Source: Amphiscolops sp. MND2022
Lineage: Eukaryota
Direction of reading: 5' to 3'
DNA length: 64,000 nucleotides
NCBI GenBank assembly: GCA_964187785.1
Contig: OZ076409.1
Span: 90,832,001 to 90,896,000, forward strand
Shown: positions 60,063 through 64,000 of the stretch, one piece after another
Layout: every line of letters begins with the position of its first letter
How positions within the stretch are numbered: position 1 is the first letter of the stretch
Program-made: the position numbers and the translations under genes
The notes under the pieces: generated by a model
The model's input: the letters and a program-made list of their open reading frames with translations, nothing else
Told to the model about the DNA's origin: nothing
Database searches by the model: none

Positions 60063-62272
60063 TGTCACAGCCCGCTCCCGTCTGGTGTACGTACTGCCAG
60101 CTTGGAATTCACAGACAGACGCTAGGGAGAGGACATGGACGCACAAACGCCATATAAGTTAGTTTAAGTCTTACTTGCAATGCAGTCGAATAACAAATAA
60201 AAGTTTTAGGATAAAACAAGTTGACGTAGCCGCGACGTAAAATCTGAACTTCGAAGAAAAGGATTTTAACTTCCGTTTTAACATTTTTACACGTGAACAC
60301 GCTCATTTCCGGTTCTATTTTTATTGGATTGAATTTCCATACTGATCTAAAAAGCAAAGTAGAGACAAAGATTTAAAAAGAATTGCTTCCTCCTTCTCTC
60401 CACCCTGGATCGCAAATTAGGAAAATGCCAAACGACGTGATTTCGCCGTAGAACAAACGATTGAAAGGGGAACAAACATCCATAATCGGAAACTGATGTG
60501 TTTTGAAGTACTGGAGCAGTTGTCAGAATTCACTTAAAGTACAGTCGAGCAATTTAGGCAAATTTTCACAACGATATGGCAACGTCACACAGTAACCGGT
60601 ATTTCCATTCTCGCGGCCCAAAAGCGTCGCTTCTCGGCCGAACCAGTTGTGCTCAGATGAATATGTGGCCTCTCGTAACGTTATCAGATAGCTAGTTAGA
60701 ATGATTTTTGCCATTACCTGGCGTAGCATCTACGTTAGGCTGCCAATGAAATATAACTAATCCCAATATGTACGTCAACGCTATGTCGCACTTTAAGGTG
60801 ACCTTTAGTAAGTAGGCAGTTTTCCCATCTTAAATTTAGGGAAAATGATAATCTGAAACCTCAATATCAATTGAAACAAAGAAGAGTTGTATTGAACAAA
60901 AAGACAGCTGCATTGTAAAGTGACATTTGAACTTAACTAAAAGAGACCAATTCTTATTGAATTCACTTAATATGTGTGAAAACCAACCTCAAGAAAAACG
61001 TTGGTCAAACGTCACCTCCAATTTTTAACACCTTAAGATGACAAATTTAAGTAATTATAGTAGTGATTCTTCAACATAAAATCAAATCGTGACGTAAGAT
61101 CAACGTTAACCCAAGCCAGCAGGTGCACCTAGAGCTTCTTATTTGAAAGTTTGAAAGTTAATAATAATACATGCAATTGTTATTGTTTGATATGCTGTTT
61201 TGTGTGGCAATACCATGACTTGTTGAGTCTGAAAGACTGAAAATGAGGGTTGTTTTGATATTTAAACCCAATTAGTTCTTTGTGCGTGAATAGTAGGCTA
61301 TAATTTTGTGTTTTGTGTGAATGTGATTTCATACATGAAAACTAGATAGTCAGCAATCTTAGCATCATTTGTTCCTTTTTTCATAAACAAAACTACAAAA
61401 TTTTTACTCCTCAGAAAAACTAGTTGATTCGTTTTGGCTGCGTCACCATTGTTGCTGGTCATACTTTTATCGCGGTTCACTTGAAATTCTTGACTTGAAA
61501 ATTGACTAATTGTTCATGCCGGCGTGCTTCCGTCGATAGAATAATTGAGCGAACCTTTATTTTGCCGCCATTTCAAGACCTAACAGAAAGTGTGTTAACA
61601 TGAACAGGTTTTCAACAAAGGTGACGAACGAACGACGCAACTAGGAGTTTTGAATCCTGATTTTATGGTACAAGGCTGAAACTATATGAATCACCTAACG
61701 CTTTTCGTGAACAATCCCAATTTTTGTGATATCTAGGAATTTTTAGGTGAGTAACAAAGGAAGCTAGGAAAGCATAAATTTGTAGAAGCATGTAAATTTA
61801 GTCAGTCAGTTGTTTTGCCATTTTTTTATCGTTGCTAAAACAAAAACTCTTTCTCTTCGAAGAATTCATTCTTCCCGAAGACTCATTTTCACTTAGAATG
61901 ACTACTAGAAGCCAAAAGAGAAAAGCGGCTGTAGAATGTGTTCCAACAAGTCTTGAAACTCTTTTAGCTGAAAGTAGTCACGTGGATGACCTTGTACATG
62001 GACCAAGTAAAAATCCTAGAACACATTTCGAAAATCGTGACGACATTAAATCGTCACTCAGAAAAGAGATCATGTCTGATCTCACCAAAATACTAGCTGA
62101 AAACCAAAAAGAAATGCTGAAATTGATAGCTGCTACCATTAAAAACCCAATAGCTCCCAAAACTTGGAAAATACCGACTCAGAGCCGGACAATATTTTCC
62201 CAGCTAATACATCATCTCCAATCAGATCAAAAGCGACTATCCAAGAAACAACACCAGTGAATAGTCATAACA
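60063..62272 (+). mobile_element. Solo LTR (2210 bp) of a family related to the 16-kb element
   Basis: Starts TGTCACAGCCCGCTCCCG and ends GTCATAACA. TSD ATTGT at 60058-60062 and 62273-62277. Confidence 0.92.
61898..62272 (+). pseudogene. Gag N-terminus encoded inside the solo LTR (frameshifted)
   Basis: MTTRSQKRK...GPSKNPR...SSLRKEIMSDLTKILAENQKEMLKLI matches MSTTRSQKRR...GPSRPKSPR...TSLKEEITSEIKNLLIESQKEMLKLL. Confidence 0.85.
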
Positions 62273-62470
62273 ATTGTATCACAAAATCTTCGGTTCAAAT
62301 TCTTTCTAGATTGCCATTCATTGAGATCTGCAGGTATGCTGTTGACTAGAAACATTCCATTTCGAATTTTCTTTTGTCTTTTGGATCTACTGTACCACTC
62401 TCCAGATTTTCTTTTCGGTTTCTCAAAATTGTGCGTCTTTAGCTGTTCATTTTGTTTAGTATTTTTGAAA

Positions 62471-62940
62471 CAAACAAGACGGGAACGTCCCGAGTCGGCG
62501 CCATATCTAAGTCTCAAAGATAGCAAAAGGACTTCAAAATGTCAAAGTATTGGTAAATTGGGGACACTATTATGAAAAACAATTTTGAAGAAAAGTCCCG
62601 CAATGCCGAAAAAACTGAAAGGGGGGAACGTTTGAGATTTTTCAACATCCATTCTGTCGGAAAATTCCAAAAAATTGAAGGGGGACCCTTCGGTGATTTT
62701 TTTTTGAAACAAAATCTCACAGAGCCGAAAAACTGAAAGAGGGGACCCTTTGGCCCCGTTCAGTTTCTTAGATGATGTAAAAATAGTACTTCGTAAGCTA
62801 AGTAAGAATTATAAGAAATTAAAAAATTGTAAGAATTGTAAGAAAAATGGACCACGCAGAGTGAGATTGTCAACTGAAAAAAAGTACTCACTGTAATAGT
62901 CGGGCTTTTTCCTTAAGGGAAAAGGCGCCGACTAAAAACA
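62471..62940 (-). repeat. Interspersed non-coding repeat family, inverted copy
   Basis: ACAAGACGGGAACGTCCCGAGTCGGCGCCATATCTAAG...AGCAAAAGGACTTCAAA is the reverse complement of the 49330-49398 region; GGGGGACCCTT sub-repeats. Confidence 0.75.
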
Positions 62941-63543
62941 AGTGTTTATGTTCGCCAAAAATAGTTCGGATGCTTTAGAAATAACACTGCGAGCTAGAAT
63001 TTTATCCACTGTTGGAGCATGTGAGAATTTCACGAGGATTGATTTAGGTAACGAATCTCCAGCATTGAATATGCCCAAACGGTGGAATTACGAAATTTTA
63101 GCAGGGTTCACAGCAAGGAATTTTGTAAACGTTCAGAAACTTTTTATCATGTTCGAATATTTCTATTCGAGCTGACTTTTGTCCTCAAATTTTGAGTTTT
63201 ATTTTTTTGCTGATTCAAGATTTTCAATTTTGCTGGTTTTGCAAGCGCATAACCATTGAGAGACTCAAATTCGGAGTACTTAGCTTCGGGTAGTTGAGGG
63301 TTTTTCCCTAGCATGGGTGAGCCAATCCTTGTTTTGATAGCCTCGAATGTCTGCTTGAAGTCACCCAGGTCCCACAGAACATCGATGACAGGCTTCTACG
63401 ATTGCACTTTCTTCGAGCATCGAGCAAACACAAATTACACAAAAAGACCATTTTGGGGGACCTCTCAAGAAAGTAGAATTACTCCTTAGTATAGCTCATG
63501 CATGAGTTGTGTGTCCATACTGAAACATTCCTTAACAGTACTG

Positions 63544-64000
63544 TGTTGACCGTGATTTAGCCGTAAATCATTCGGTTCAACTGTTCCGGGTCTAAAATAC
63601 GTATTCTCCAAGTCTTCATCATCGGGATCGTGGTGTGCGTTGTAGGACGGGTTTTCTGCTAGAGTGTCTATCTTGGAGGCTAGATTCTCTATCATTTTCA
63701 AAATCTCACGTTGTCCGATTTCCGTGTCCTTAATTCTTTTGCTGACGGACTTTTCTATCTTTTCGGATAACTCGTTGAAATCCTTGTCAGACAAGCAAGG
63801 AGTATTCTCAGTCCTCATGCTGGAAGACTCAGGTTCGTCTGCTGAATTCACTGGGGAATCTCGCCTAGCTTTCCTTTTCGAGCTTCTCTCGGGCATTTTG
63901 TTCAAGTTTAAATTCTCAATTTTCTTTAGAAGAAATCTAAGTAGAATCTTGAGCAGAGGAATTTGAAGTTTTGAAACTTTCAATTATTTTCAACAAAAGA
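63544..64000 (-). mobile_element. Probable 3' end of another long LTR (minus strand) with a Gag-N-terminus-like ORF; truncated by the window edge
   Basis: MPERSSKRKARR...ELSEKIEKSVSKRIKDTEIGQREILKMI resembles the other LTR-encoded Gag starts. Candidate end ...GGTCAACA at 63544. Confidence 0.5.

Overview
AT-rich, repeat-dense eukaryotic (animal-like) genomic DNA, almost entirely transposable elements. The centrepiece is a young, full-length 16.2-kb Ty3/Gypsy LTR retrotransposon (3113-19331; 2477-bp near-identical LTRs; GTCCC target-site duplication) with an unusual layout. Gag starts inside the 5' LTR and reads through the PBS. Pol is reached by a -1 frameshift. Between pol and the 3' LTR lies an antisense gene with 7 exons and 6 GT-AG introns (about 1089 aa, BED/hAT-like zinc finger). 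A divergent acidic ORF runs into the 3' LTR, no polypurine tract is visible, and a repeated palindromic motif is shared by the internal bidirectional promoter and the LTRs. The element is nested in an older decayed relative that carries a homologous antisense gene. A related solo LTR (60063-62272, ATTGT TSD) conserves both LTR-encoded peptide ends. The window also holds an intact LINE (SGNH-esterase ORF1; ORF2 with a 2A StopGo motif, APE and RT), a decayed antisense relative of that LINE, a truncated Tc1 DD34E transposon, a non-coding LTR element, a decayed conventional Gypsy, MITE-like elements, and a minus-strand host gene with two tandem F-type-lectin-like repeats whose 13.6-kb intron holds two of the LTR elements. 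All calls were made by eye; no database searches were run.
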